Assembly (NCBI GenBank): GCA_973895155.1
Contig: OZ316892.1
Location: 22,917,168-22,981,167 of the forward strand
Source: Marsupella aquatica
Lineage: Eukaryota > Plantae > Marchantiophyta
DNA: 64,000 nt
Direction of reading: 5' to 3'
The notes under the pieces were generated by a model. That model was not told the DNA's origin. It was given only the letters and a program-made list of their open reading frames with translations, and did not search any database. Every line of letters begins with the position of its first letter. The first letter of the stretch is position 1. This document shows, in pieces, positions 41,248-53,369 of the stretch. The position numbers and the translations under genes are program-made.

Positions 41248-44200
41248 CTCAATGACATGGTATACGAAGTGTATTGCCCCGAGCCGCAGGAGAAGGTAGA
41301 GCTAGAAATTGTGTTCTTTCATGGGCTTCAAATAAGACATTCTAACGAGGCCTACTATACCACCTGGATGAGTCACGACAGCTCTGATTTATGGTTGACA
41401 TGGATACTGGATTTCTTTCCGAACGCTCGAATCCTCCTCATTTCTTATGACTCTTCGGTCAACAAGACTCACAAGCTTGGGCGACTAGACATGTATTGCA
41501 CTGGCGAGAATCTGGTGTCTTCCCTCACTGCTGATGAAGTTAGAGTTGGTAAAGCCAAATGCCCGGTGGTTCTCGTAGGTCACTGCCTTGGTGGCCTCGT
41601 ACTGAAGGAACTTTGTATCAGTGCTGGAGCAATGATTGGCCAGAAAAGTGCTGAAAAGCTTGGACTTAACCGTGTTAAAGATCTTTTCTCCAACCTCCGA
41701 GGCATGTTCTTTTATGGAACGCCTCATGGAGGGTCGTCGTTCTGCGATAGCCTTCATGGCTGTCTGAGCGGTGAACTTCTTAAAGAACTCAAAACTCAGG
41801 AGGCCTCAACTGCAAGGAGGAATCAAAACTTTGATGATTTAAAGTCAAAGCATGGATGGCTTACTTGTGGAGTGGGTGAATCATACAAAACCTATGTGGT
41901 ATGCTCACTGTCTCCCTGATCTCAGGTTATTGGTTTCTTTGCATCCTACTTCGTTCATTGGTTACAGTCATTGCTTGTTTATCTTGTGAGATGGCTCCTT
42001 CCCTGTGTTTGATGTGTTTTGACTACTTATACAGCATCCAGTCTCCACGAATTGGTGTTTGTCGAAAGGGATGTCCTGGTTTTGAGGAGTTTGGTTTTAG
42101 CTTGCGGAAATAGTATCCAAACGACTTGTGTCTTATTTCAGTTGTGTTCGAAATGGGCCGTTCCTCATTCGACCACAACTGGCTAAGTTTTTCTGCCATC
42201 CAAGCTTACAGAACCGTTGCATCCCAGGAATCCCTTGGAGAGTATGTCCATTTGGTTCCTGAAGCTTCGAGTAGACAAAATATGGATTCGTACTATTCTG
42301 CTCCTGCAGACCATTATGACGTTTGTAGACCTCAAGGGAAGAAGTCTACTTCCTTCCTCCAGCTTGCAGATTTTCTTGGCAAGGTATGCCCACCTTCATC
42401 GTTATTTTCCTGAAACAACAGTTGCAAATTGTAGCAACACGTCCCACATTACAATTAGCAGCTCTAATGAAATCCACCAGTACTACTCTGTCGACTGTAT
42501 ATCTCTTTTCACCAACCTGTCCTTCGCTCTGCTTCGATAGCATCTCCCTGCTCAATGCGTTCATGTGAAATTTTGAAGAAGAGCGAGTAAAGAGAAGTTC
42601 TAGGAATGATGATTTGTCCAGCAAAGTCCAGGCAGGTAAATTCCATCAAAGAAAAGGAGAGCGGTTTGAAGGAATGACTTTTCTAGAAAGACAGACCTGA
42701 AATTTGATGTAGTCTCATACTTTTGAAGCTTCGTGTGAAATTATCCTTACCTAATTTTTCACATACATCGTTTTTCGTATGTAAGGTTACGCTAGCAGAT
42801 TTTATTGTTTCAAACTTTGGGGTTACCTATTTTGTACGATTGCTCTAAATACTCAGAATTTGAATTTTCTCTACTAGATGCAACGAGATGCAGTTTCTCG
42901 AACAAGAGCGGCGGTTGATGCCAAGTGCAGCCGAGAGTACTTTGTCGACATAAAAAGTCGCAGTCAGGCCGTGCAAGAAATGTTGGCGCGACCAGATACA
43001 GAAATGGTCGTCATCGTTGGTATGAGCGGTATAGGAAAGACGACATTAGCACGGCGGGTCTTCAACGAAATCAGTCACAACTTTGATGCTACTTGCTTTG
43101 TATCGTTGGACCGCATCGAAGCCTCATCAAATGGCAATGAACAGGTGTTACGAAAGATTCAAGATGCAATAGAAGGGGTCAACGGGATATCAAATCACAA
43201 GCTCTGGAGCGTCATTGCTTCCTTAAAGAAGGAAAAGGTGTTACTGGTTCTCGACAATGTCGAGTCACAGGGCCAGCTAGATGCCTTGGACACAGATTCA
43301 TGGCTGCTCGGAAGTGCTAGCAGACTTATTGTTACTACTATGGATGCTCGGCTTGGTTCCCGACGCAACACTTTTCAGGTCCCATATTTCAGCTATCAAG
43401 AAGCAGACCAATTGTTTCGGCACTATGCGTTTGAGGATGGCAACGGACCGAACGAGGTTGAGGATTTGATCTCGCGCGTGATACGGGAATGTGAGAATTT
43501 TCCTTTATCGCTCAAGCTTATGGGTGCTTATGTTAGCAAGTGGGACGATATCCGAGACAAACACCTTTGGCTTGATCTTGTCGACAGGCTGGGAAAAGCT
43601 CAAGAAGTGGACGGTGGTTATGATTACAGACTTTGGGCCAAGCTGAGGCTCTGCTACGATGCCCTGGAGCCGACTGAGAAAGAAATCTACTTAGATGTTG
43701 CCACCTGTTTTCACGGATTTCAATTCTCATTCGTGAAACATGTTTGGAATGGGTCCCGAGAATCGCCACACATAGCATGGATGAATTTGAGGCAACGATT
43801 CCTTGCGAATGTAGATGACGCGGGGAACATCTGGATGCACAAACATCTAAGAAGTTTGGGCCAGCGTATTGCATGTCCGAGAAGTCGGCCTCTCGACAAA
43901 TGGGAACGAATCTGGGACTGTTCCTCTGCTAAAGAGTTGATCTCAAACCATCAGGTAAATTTCAGATGGTTGCATACATTCTCTTGACCTCTCTGAGATT
44001 TTGTGCTTTTATTTCTGGATGATGTAAAGACTCTTGCTGCGTTCATTGGACTTTAAAAAATCACGGGATCGACAAAGCTTGATCGGGGGAACTAACAATT
44101 TCCAATTGAGTATTTACTCGCAGGGTATTGTGGACACTCAAGCTATGAAACTACAAGTCAGGAAATTCGAAAGCTTAACTCTAAGGAATACCACATTTCG

Positions 44201-46082
44201 CAAGTGTGTTCAGCTTAAATACCTGATATTGGACGGCGTCAAGACTTCAGTGGGAAGAATTGAACTCCCACAATCCTTGGTGTATCTCAGATGGAAAGAT
44301 GGGCTGTTCATTTCCTGCCCTGTAGATTTCACCCGGTTGGAGAAGTTAAAAGTTTTGGAGCTCGTAGATTGTAAAGCTATGAAAGCCCTCCCCCGTGGTG
44401 TTGCAACAGCTAGCAAACTCACTTGGTTGGAGCTAGAAGGTTGCCTCTCATTGACAGAGCTGGCGTTGGGACTTTCCAATTGTCTTGAATACTTGGGCCT
44501 GAATAGGACTGGCTTGAGGGAACTCCCGGGCGACCTTGTGAAGTGTACGGGACTTCAGCAGCTGAACGCTAGCCAGACACAATTGGTACAAGTTCCTCGA
44601 GCACTGGGCAGGCTTCAAATGTTGTCTTCACTTAATCTGAGCGGCACGGCATTGACAATCCTACCAAAATCTATCTGCGATCTCAAAGGGTTATCGGACC
44701 TAAATCTTTCCAATACAATGTTGAGCTCATTGCCTGAGAATCTTGGTCAGCTCCAAAACTTATCCTGGTTGTACTTAAATAACACGTCCATGAAGAGGCT
44801 TCCGGAATCAGTGGGGGATCTTTCAAAGTTGGAAAGTTTGGAGGTTGGTCAGACACCATTGGAAACTTTGCCGGATTCCATCTGTAAACTACGATCTCTG
44901 TGCTTGTTAGACTTGCACGATACCCAAATATCTACACTTCCAGATCAGGCGGGACAGCTTGTGAACTTGCAACTCTTAAAAGTACGCTCCCCAAGATGGA
45001 GAAGATGGCCGGAGACAATCGGAATGTTGTCAGGTTTAGAGGTTTTGTCTGCAACTCTATGTCCTTTCCGCAATAATCATGAGCTATCCTTGGACTTGAA
45101 GGATGTTGAAGGCGAAAACGAACAGGATGCTCTACCTCCCAGAGATGACCTATTACAAATCGGGATGGCTCCTCTTCTATCTCTATTACCTCGGCTGAAT
45201 GAGCTCGAGAAGCTAACTCTACAGGGCCGAGATTTTGTGGAATCCTGGCTTCAGTCTTTGATTTCTTCATTGTGCCAGATGTCAGGGCTTCTTGACTTGA
45301 GTTTGGAGGACTTTAATCTTGTGGAGTCAATCCCTTCCGAGCTAGGAAAGTTGACCCAGATAACAACACTGCACATAGGTCAGTGGGAGAGGCTCCTCGA
45401 GTTGCCAGAGTCCCTGGTCGAGCTACGCTTGCAAATATTGCAATTAGTGGATATTCCGAAGTTACGGATATTGCCCCAGCTGCCACACATCGCCTACCTC
45501 GAAATAATAAAGTGTGGGAGTTTGCAAAACATGCAGTGCCCTCTTTCACACAGGTCCTCGCACAGCAATTCTTCGGAGCCGACTTGGACGCACATAGAAT
45601 TGGATTCATGGAGAATATTGGAATGCATTTTGGAATGTAACAAGACACACCCCTGCCGTCACGTTGATGTAGTATTCTTGGCTGAGTGCAAGCATATGAA
45701 TGAGTTAGATAGCAACGTGGCCATGGAGGTGTTTAGCATTGACGTACGCTTGCCTCTCACACGACGGGAGAATGACATCGATGAAGCTTCGAGGACTGCT
45801 TCATCTCATTTCTCTAGTCGGACCCATCCGAACTTGCGCGTCAGGGTCCGCTGTCATGACCCTTACTGTGACGCACACACTGTCCAATATGACGACAGTA
45901 CCGTCCGCTACCCGTGTTACATCAACGTGGTGGACTCTAACGACGAGGGTGGTGACACATTTGTGGATGTCAAGAATGAACAGCACCGAGGAAACGAGGC
46001 GCTGATGTTACGAATCCTGCGGGCCTTATGGTTGTTTCTGCTTGGTCGCAACTGTTTTGGCTGTTATGGCTGTTATCCATGA
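41248..46082 (+). CDS. Alpha/beta-hydrolase-NB-ARC-LRR (HNL) immune receptor; 5' start exon unresolved
   Basis: Hydrolase: VFFHGL, VLVGHCLGGLVLK, FFYGTPHGGS, ADHYDVCRP. NB-ARC: GMSGIGKTT, LLVLDNV, SRLIVTT, NFPLSL, MHKHL. Many LxxLxLxxT.L..LP LRRs follow. Exons are about 41248-41898, 42228-42383, 42878-43954 and 44124-46082. Confidence 0.92.
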
Positions 46083-46878
46083 GGCGCAGTAAATGTTCAC
46101 TCTCAGCTCGTTTTTCAATTTCAGTCCACTGAGTGAAAGAGGAATCTGTCGAGACCTAACTCCCATAGCCAGCAATGGTTGACATTCAGCCTTCTATTTC
46201 CTCTACAAAGTGCCATCTCTAGGAGAGGTTTCAATCAATTTCTCACTGGGATCTGCTGGAAGTACAATCTACCATAGGACTGTCTTGCATGTGCAAGAGT
46301 CCTGAAAACTGCTGCCCTTACCAAGCCACAAATGTAGGGGAAAAGTTCAATCCAAATGTTTTGTTTTATTACATTTTAAAGGTTCGGGACCTCAAGGGCC
46401 GGAAATTTTCCGGCCCTTGCCATTGTATCTCCACAAAAGAAGCCATCAGGACTGCCGCCCTCTTGCTGCCTCAACTCATGACACGAGTTCATTTTAGGGC
46501 CGATTTGCAAAGGACCAAAGACATGCAAGACGGCCCTTAGCGTCTCGACTTTAAATATGTGCGCAGAGGCATCATAAACTATTTTCAAAAGAACCTTACT
46601 ATGAAACCCTTTTCACTTGGGTAGACGTAACAAGGTTTTCATTCACTGTAGCTCTGGAAGTATACCATGGTCATCAAGAAAGACACACAGCCCCAGGTAC
46701 CAAGATGGTACCAAGATGAGATTGGAGGGTCAAAACATACAACAACACAATGACATGGAGCCTACTAATTGTCACTTATCAACCTATCCAGTTAGATACA
46801 TGCAAATTGTCACTTATCAACCAGTCTTTACCCTGTCCAGTTAGATACATGCAACTAAGGAATGGCTGTAGGCAATGG

Positions 46879-47158
46879 TGTAGAAATTAGTTACGTTCCT
46901 TAATCAAGATGATCAACAACCGTTAGATGTACATGAATGAAATCCGGATATTGTGGGAGCATATGTAAACTTTGTAGTATGTAAATGCAGCTGATCAGCC
47001 AACGTAGGATTTAGGGATCTCTTCTGATTCATTGATTCTTTTCAGGTCTCCCTTCCTCAAACCTTTGCAGGGAGCTCTCCTGTGACTATTTATTGTGGAG
47101 CCCACCATCCACTATTGTATTGTATTCTTATCGTTAGTAAAACAGAATACTTTCTTCA
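46879..47158 (+). repeat. 5' LTR of the Copia element
   Basis: TG..CA ends, roughly 90% similar by eye to 62736-63012, followed by a tRNA-iMet-type PBS. Confidence 0.93.
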
Positions 47159-47444
47159 TGGTATCACAGCCGTCCTAGTAGTGGACCTGTAGCAGGAGCG
47201 AAAGCCTTGTAGAATCTTGAGCACTAGCAGAGTAGCAGGAGCAAAAGCCCTGCAGAATTTTGAGCAGCAACAGGAGCAAAGGCTCTACAGCTGTGTAGTT
47301 GGGATCTTGAATAGAATCAAGAGATCCTTGATCTTGTGTGTCTTTATTAGAGTTGTGAGTCAGCGTGACAAAAGCAACAACATTGTTGAGACCTGTACAT
47401 GAAGATATTCCGTAATCTTAGTTTCTGTAATTTGTTAGCTCACC

Positions 47445-48382
47445 ATGGAGCATCATTACATGACATCCAAGGAAGAGAAGTGGGATCGGATCTGGGCATT
47501 ATGCATGCAACAGATCCTTGAAGAGGAAAAGGTCTGGCAAGTTAAGGGAGAAGATGACTAGAATGTTGATGATGTTGAGCCAGAGGAAGTTAGGTGATAT
47601 CGAGGATCAACCTGATCCTCCCGCTAGTGCTCAACTCAGGGTCAAGAAACGCAAGGCGCTGTTTCTTTTGACTTTGTCCATTTTGGACACTGTCATAAGC
47701 CGCTACACCCAGGTAACTGATCCAGCTATACTTTGGAGTGAATTGAAGCGTGCACATGGAGCTAATACGACAAAGCGATGTAGGCTTCTTTGGAGGCAAT
47801 TGCTAACACTGAAGTTTCCTGAAGGACATTCGATGACCGAGAACTTCTGGATTCTAGGGACCATGCTTGCTCAGTTGGCAGTAGTGGGCGTGTTCCCCAA
47901 GAACAATGAACTTGTTGACATCGTTTTGGCTGCTTTCCTTTTCAGCTGGGATGCCTTCAAGTCCATGATTGCTGGCCGAGAGACTACTCCCACTTACATG
48001 CAACTTGAGAATTTGGCTCTGGCTGAAGAGCACAAGAGGAAAGATTGTCCTGAATATAATGAAGAAGCCCTTGCTGCATTTTTTCCTAGTTCTGGGCGTG
48101 GGCGAGGAGGCTATCCTGCCTAAGGACGTGGTCATCTTGATGGCACGTGGTGGACGTAATGGTTTTAAGCCTAGAAACCAGCAGCCACAACGTGGAGTCT
48201 GCCACCTTTGTGGAGACCCATCTCATTATGCTTGTGAATGCCCCACCAAGACATTGGAGTATCAGATTGAAGAACTTACTAACAGTTTGAATCACATGTG
48301 CAGTAACAAACCAACTGTCAATCTGGCAGAAGGCGATGCAAGCCCTGAAGAATATGTTGATGCTGAAGACAATGATGTCACT
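47445..48382 (+). pseudogene. Copia gag (UBN2-like domain plus zinc knuckle), frameshifted
   Basis: KALFLLTLSILD...DPAILWSELK...LLTLKFPEG and the CX2CX4HX4C knuckle lie in different frames. Confidence 0.85.
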
Positions 48383-50794
48383 CCCTGGGCCCCCACTCCT
48401 TTCTAATACGGGGAGGACGTGAGAACCGTTCAAGGGTCATTTTTATCCCTTCGGCGGTAATTTTTATAAATTGCTTACAATTCCGCAACCACCGCATATA
48501 TACCGAAACCACTTTGTAATTTTGTAAGACCCCTTGAAATGTCATCCTGCTTACTTTTGCGGAAGGGTAAATCAATAGGTAGCGACACGCGACATCATAT
48601 TATTGGTACACGTGTCAAATTATAATTGGTACACGTGTATTATCCTTACAGTATCCATATCTCCTTCATAAATTAAAATGTTAATACTGGCTATGGTAAG
48701 CTAGAAAAGTTTTGAAGGGAGGATTGGGGGCGATCCCGGGGCAATGGGGATGGACCAGGTGTGTGGAGTGGTGGGGGTTTTGGCGGGGAATTTAAGAAAA
48801 CACATCGGGGATGACTAAAACCGTTGGATTAGAGGGAGAGCGAATCGAAGCCATTGAATCGGCAATCCATGGCCTCGCCTACGTTATGAACCCTAAGGTT
48901 TAGGGTTTAGTCGTGAGACCGTCACCGCCCGGGGTCAGCCCCCCCTTGTACCCCTGCTCCTCATTCTTCCTTTGCGCTCGGTCTCACCTCGCCTCGTGCT
49001 CGCTCTCGCCTCGCACTCCCGCTCGCGCTCGCGCTCCTTGATGCCTTCTGCTTGCTCCTGGCTCGTCCGCCATCGCTGCTCGGCCGCCATCGTTGCTCGA
49101 CCGCCATCGCTGCTCATCCACCATCATTGATCCTCTGCCATCGCTGCTCCTTGTCCGCCATTGCTGCTTTGGCCTTGTCCACCATTGTCGATCCGCATCC
49201 GACATTGTTGGCCCTCGTTTGCCTGTTCTTGCTCTTGCCCAGCATCGCTGAGTGCTGGCTTTGAAGGTCCTTAGTTTGGAAGGTCTTCCCCGACATTGCG
49301 ATTGTCAAGGTCGTCTCAATCTCACCCACTCAAATGCTCTGTGAACCTTCCACATTTTTGGCATGCATTGTTATCTCCCCGGTTATGTCTTCAATGTTCT
49401 ATGCGTTGCCTCAATGTTTCCTGGATTTGGCTGTAATTGTGCCAACTTGCGGATTTGCACGCCACTGCATTGTGATTTGTAGGATTTACGTGCCTTTGAC
49501 TGCCAATGCATTTGGCTGGATTTCAATGGATTGTTCTAAGTCATTGTGACTATCCTTAAGATCTTGATGCGATCGACATGAGTGACATTTCATTGGATTT
49601 GCAAACGCTGCCAGCTTGCTCAGTGCTTCATTGTGGAGATGTTTTGCTTGCAGATCATTTTTGAGAAACCCAGTGATCGAAGGAGATAGTGAAAGCTTCA
49701 GTGTTGCGTGTTGACTCTTCTGGGAGTGGACACATCAATTGAGCACGGTAAGCCATCTGGTTTTCAATGTTGAGAGAGTTTTTCAATGGAAGGATGGATG
49801 TAGAGTTTACGTGCTTTTAGCTGATGCCTGTGGGCCTTTTCAGATATCATCGAAGGATACCCCCTGGAAGGCTAAGGAGCGATCACCTTCCGGTTTGGTG
49901 CAACAAGGTAACCCTCTCCCTGCATTAGACTGAACAAAACCCACGCGATGTAGTCCTGAATGTAGTGACAGTCCCTCAAGTGAACTGCATTTCTTGGTTG
50001 ACGAAAGTGCATTCACTATATATCGCCAAATGGCATTGCCTCGGATGTTGCAATTGCTCTTGAGTTCCTTTAGCAACCGTCTCTAGGACTTCTTAAGCTC
50101 TTCATTTCTGCGCTTAGGTTGAAGCGCTTGCCATCGCTCTTCTGATTCCTCCCCGGCTTCCTATGTCTTATTTTATTCTGCTCTGACTTGCCTTCTTCTG
50201 TTGCCTTAGGTCTGCTCTCATACTTAATCTTCCACCACTTTTTGGACTCCATTTGCAGCTCCTTCACTGGCTAGGGTGTTGGTCTGTAAGTAACGCTTTT
50301 CCTGGTTTGGTCGCAGACATTTGTAAGCAGCTGCAGTGATCATCCATCGGGCTTAGTTGAGCATAGTGGAGGTTGGAAGATTCAGCTTTGAGGAAGATTC
50401 AGCTTTGAGGACCCGGGTCACTACCAGAGGATCAGTGGACAAAGGAGACTGAGGTACGCACCAATCAGGAATGAACTTCCTTGGTCACTTGTATTGCGTC
50501 AAGGGTTAAGGCTGCAAGGTATTCATTTGCAGTTTGTGCAGTTGAGTTTGATAAACAAATTTTAATCTGGGATGGCTACCATTGCCCAAAATTCTGCAGC
50601 AAACTTTAGGTGAATCATCAAGGTTGGGGAGAGGTGGATCTCAAGGAGCTTTGATGTAACAAATCCAAAGCTCCACACGAAGTTGTGGGAGCGGGAAGTT
50701 TTGTCGATTTCTAGAGGCCAAATTAGTTAGCCAAATCCCTGAAACATTCGCTCTGTTTGCAATTTGTGATGCTCAGTTTGTCCATTTTTATAGT

Positions 50795-52573
50795 ACAGTG
50801 AGTGACACACCGGACGATGTTGTTGCAGGAGGATTTGTCGTGTGGACCAGCTTTGGTAGGCTTGATTTTCAGACCCTCTGTCTTTGCCTTCTACGGAGGT
50901 AACGGTGCAAAAGACACAATGGTAACCACCCGAAGCCAATCTGTAGGCCTTCTCTATGAGAAAGCAGTGAGGTTGCGACGTAAGCTAAAGGCATTAGGCA
51001 TGTTGAGAGGGACTTGGCCTATTGGCATTATGTTTGGTTCTAATCGTCCATCCCGTATGACCCGCCAAACCATGTGGGAAAAGTATGTCGATCCACAGTC
51101 CATTATGTTCACTCAGACGATGAATGGTGTTCAGATCACTGTTGGTGCAAGGTGTGTACATGCTTTGGATGCTCGGTGTCCAGCATGTGATGTAGATCCA
51201 GACGCGGACGTTAAGTACAATGAGGTTTTTGCAAAAAAGAGGGCCTGGAAAGTGTGTCAGCTCTGGAACACGGACCCTTTTGTGTTAGGCCTTGTAGAGC
51301 TTCAAGATGGCGAGTAGGTACATGCATAGGGAGGTTAAATTGCGCAGATTGTTAGTCTACGCAGGAGATTAGTTTGTGCAGGGATGATAGCCAAGTTAGC
51401 AGTTCACATGACCTCTTGAATGGTCATTTTGTAAGAGTGTATGAGCGGATGCCAACACTAATTTTTGTATCACCTATCATCAGTATATTATGTATTTGTA
51501 TGTCAGCCTCGGCCCTGGCAGTCTGAGTTTCTTTTAAGGGATTCGATGATGACTATTCTGCCATATGACCCAAAGGCATGGCACGAACACATACATATGC
51601 TGGTGGCCTTTCAAAGACTGTCAACTAACGCTCTTTTTGGAAATGGATCTTGTGGTAGCGGTGATGTCCAGTGGACGAGAGTTTGGTATTGAAGGAGGGG
51701 TATTGACGGAGGTGTGGTACAAGGCAACTGCTATCCCCCAACTAGGAAGGTAGTCATTTCCTTTTTGCCATCGTGTTCAAAACAAAATGTTGCTGTGTGT
51801 TGTGACCCCTGCATCATTGGTTTTTTGAAACGTCTGAGCTAACGTTTGAACATTATCATGCAACATACCAGCTTGTGCCCAACGCAGCTGCTACCGGCCC
51901 GGCCCCCTCAAGCTGCATTACTTGGCGGACCATTCTATCAGAGGTCCAAAAACTCTAGTCCAAGGTATGTACATATTCTGGACTTTGTGGTTCTTTCAAT
52001 TGTGCTCCATTATTTACCGCTTCTTATATAGTTCATATGTTTTAAGCTGCTAATGCACAGGGCTTTGTATCTTGCTCAGGTAAGATGTCATTTCAGTTTT
52101 GTCATTTTTTTGTACATGTAGGGCTCGTTTAATTTGCAGGGCCCATCGAGTTCAAGGAGACCATGGGGAAGTCATGCCCCCATTGGCGACTGCTGGATTT
52201 AGCCGCTGGCAGTCCAGCGCTCCTTGTAATTTCGAAGCAGGTTGCTTGGGGGAGTGTGTGATTAGAGCCTGTCATTATTGTGTCCATGGTTGTCACTTGT
52301 CATTGCTGTCAGCCCCTTAAGTCATGTATAGTCTGTTGTGGCCCTCACAACTGTGGAGGAGAAGGATTGGAGTGTGGGCCTGGCCCCAACTGTACATGGA
52401 CCAAGCACATATGGGACAAGCTGAATTGGGACAAGCTAAACTTGGGCAAGCTGAAATGGCCATGTGCAGATCCCTGTCCCTCTTGTGCTTACGCTGAATC
52501 TGGAGTCCTTGCATGCAAAGGGTACGCCCTTCCCACCCGACACATGTCGGAGAAAGCAGCAATGGATCTGTAA
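50795..52573 (+). pseudogene. Second, spliced gene of the DNA transposon (unknown product, Cys-rich C-terminus), with in-frame stops
   Basis: Putative exons at about 50795-51315, 51507-51749, 51888-51965 and 52140-52573. The last three join in frame across GT-AG junctions, with TGA stops at about 51690 and 52259. Confidence 0.45.
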
Positions 52574-53369
52574 CCAGCCAATCCTAACGAGAAATGGTCG
52601 GGATGGGGCAAGGCTCTCGTGGGATTGGTCCAGTGGATGCGGTCTCCACGTGTGGGTTGCTTAATATTGCCTTATAACCAATCTTGGTAGCCTACTTTGC
52701 TTTGATATCATGAATTTCTGTCCTCCTTTCTATCTCTCTCACACAATTCCATTGCCTTCAACAAGCAACGGTAAAGATCCAGCCTGTCTTATACGTAGTC
52801 AGCAGAATGCAATTGGCATGGCTTTGGAGGCCTTTCGGCAGAGGTCAAAAGGCTGGATCACATTCTACAGTCTCATTGTTGCTCGGGCGAAAGCCATATT
52901 CATTTTTCCGTGTGGCTTGAATGAGTACCACTTCCTTCTTGATGACATCCAAGATGTTATCAATGAGCTCAGGGATCCACTTGCCACTGATCGAGTTGAA
53001 ATGAGAATTGGGGCGGTTTGTTTAAACTATCAGATTAATACCTGTCGCACGCAGGCCCTCCATAGACTTCCTTTGGATGTTGGCCCATTCTAATAGGCCA
53101 GGTTGCTTGTTTCCCGCATTGGCCAACAATCATCAATCTGCCTAACATCTTTGTAACCTGTCTCTGGTAGAAGAATTGGTGCACATGATGTCCACATTGT
53201 GTGGTGTTGCGCCATGCCACCCAAGAAAGTTGCATTTTGGGTGAATATGTGGTTAGAATGAAATGAACCTATCCTATTTTGAGCAATCCCTATGTTGATG
53301 CTTCCTTTGTCATGTGGACTGTGCGCAGGCCCATGAGAGGTGGATAGGTTGTCAGTAAAGGGTGAGAGA

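Noticed and set aside
48377-48382. Alternative 6-bp TSD (TGTCAC) with TIRs starting TCCC
   Set aside because: Formally possible because the flanking T/A pair. The full 8-bp direct repeat ATGTCACT is perfect on both sides and fits the transposase type; other copies would settle it.
52690-53334. Possible third transposon gene (minus-strand frame with several stops, or plus ORF 52710-53093)
   Set aside because: Too many stops must be ignored and there is no recognisable motif; a family consensus is needed.
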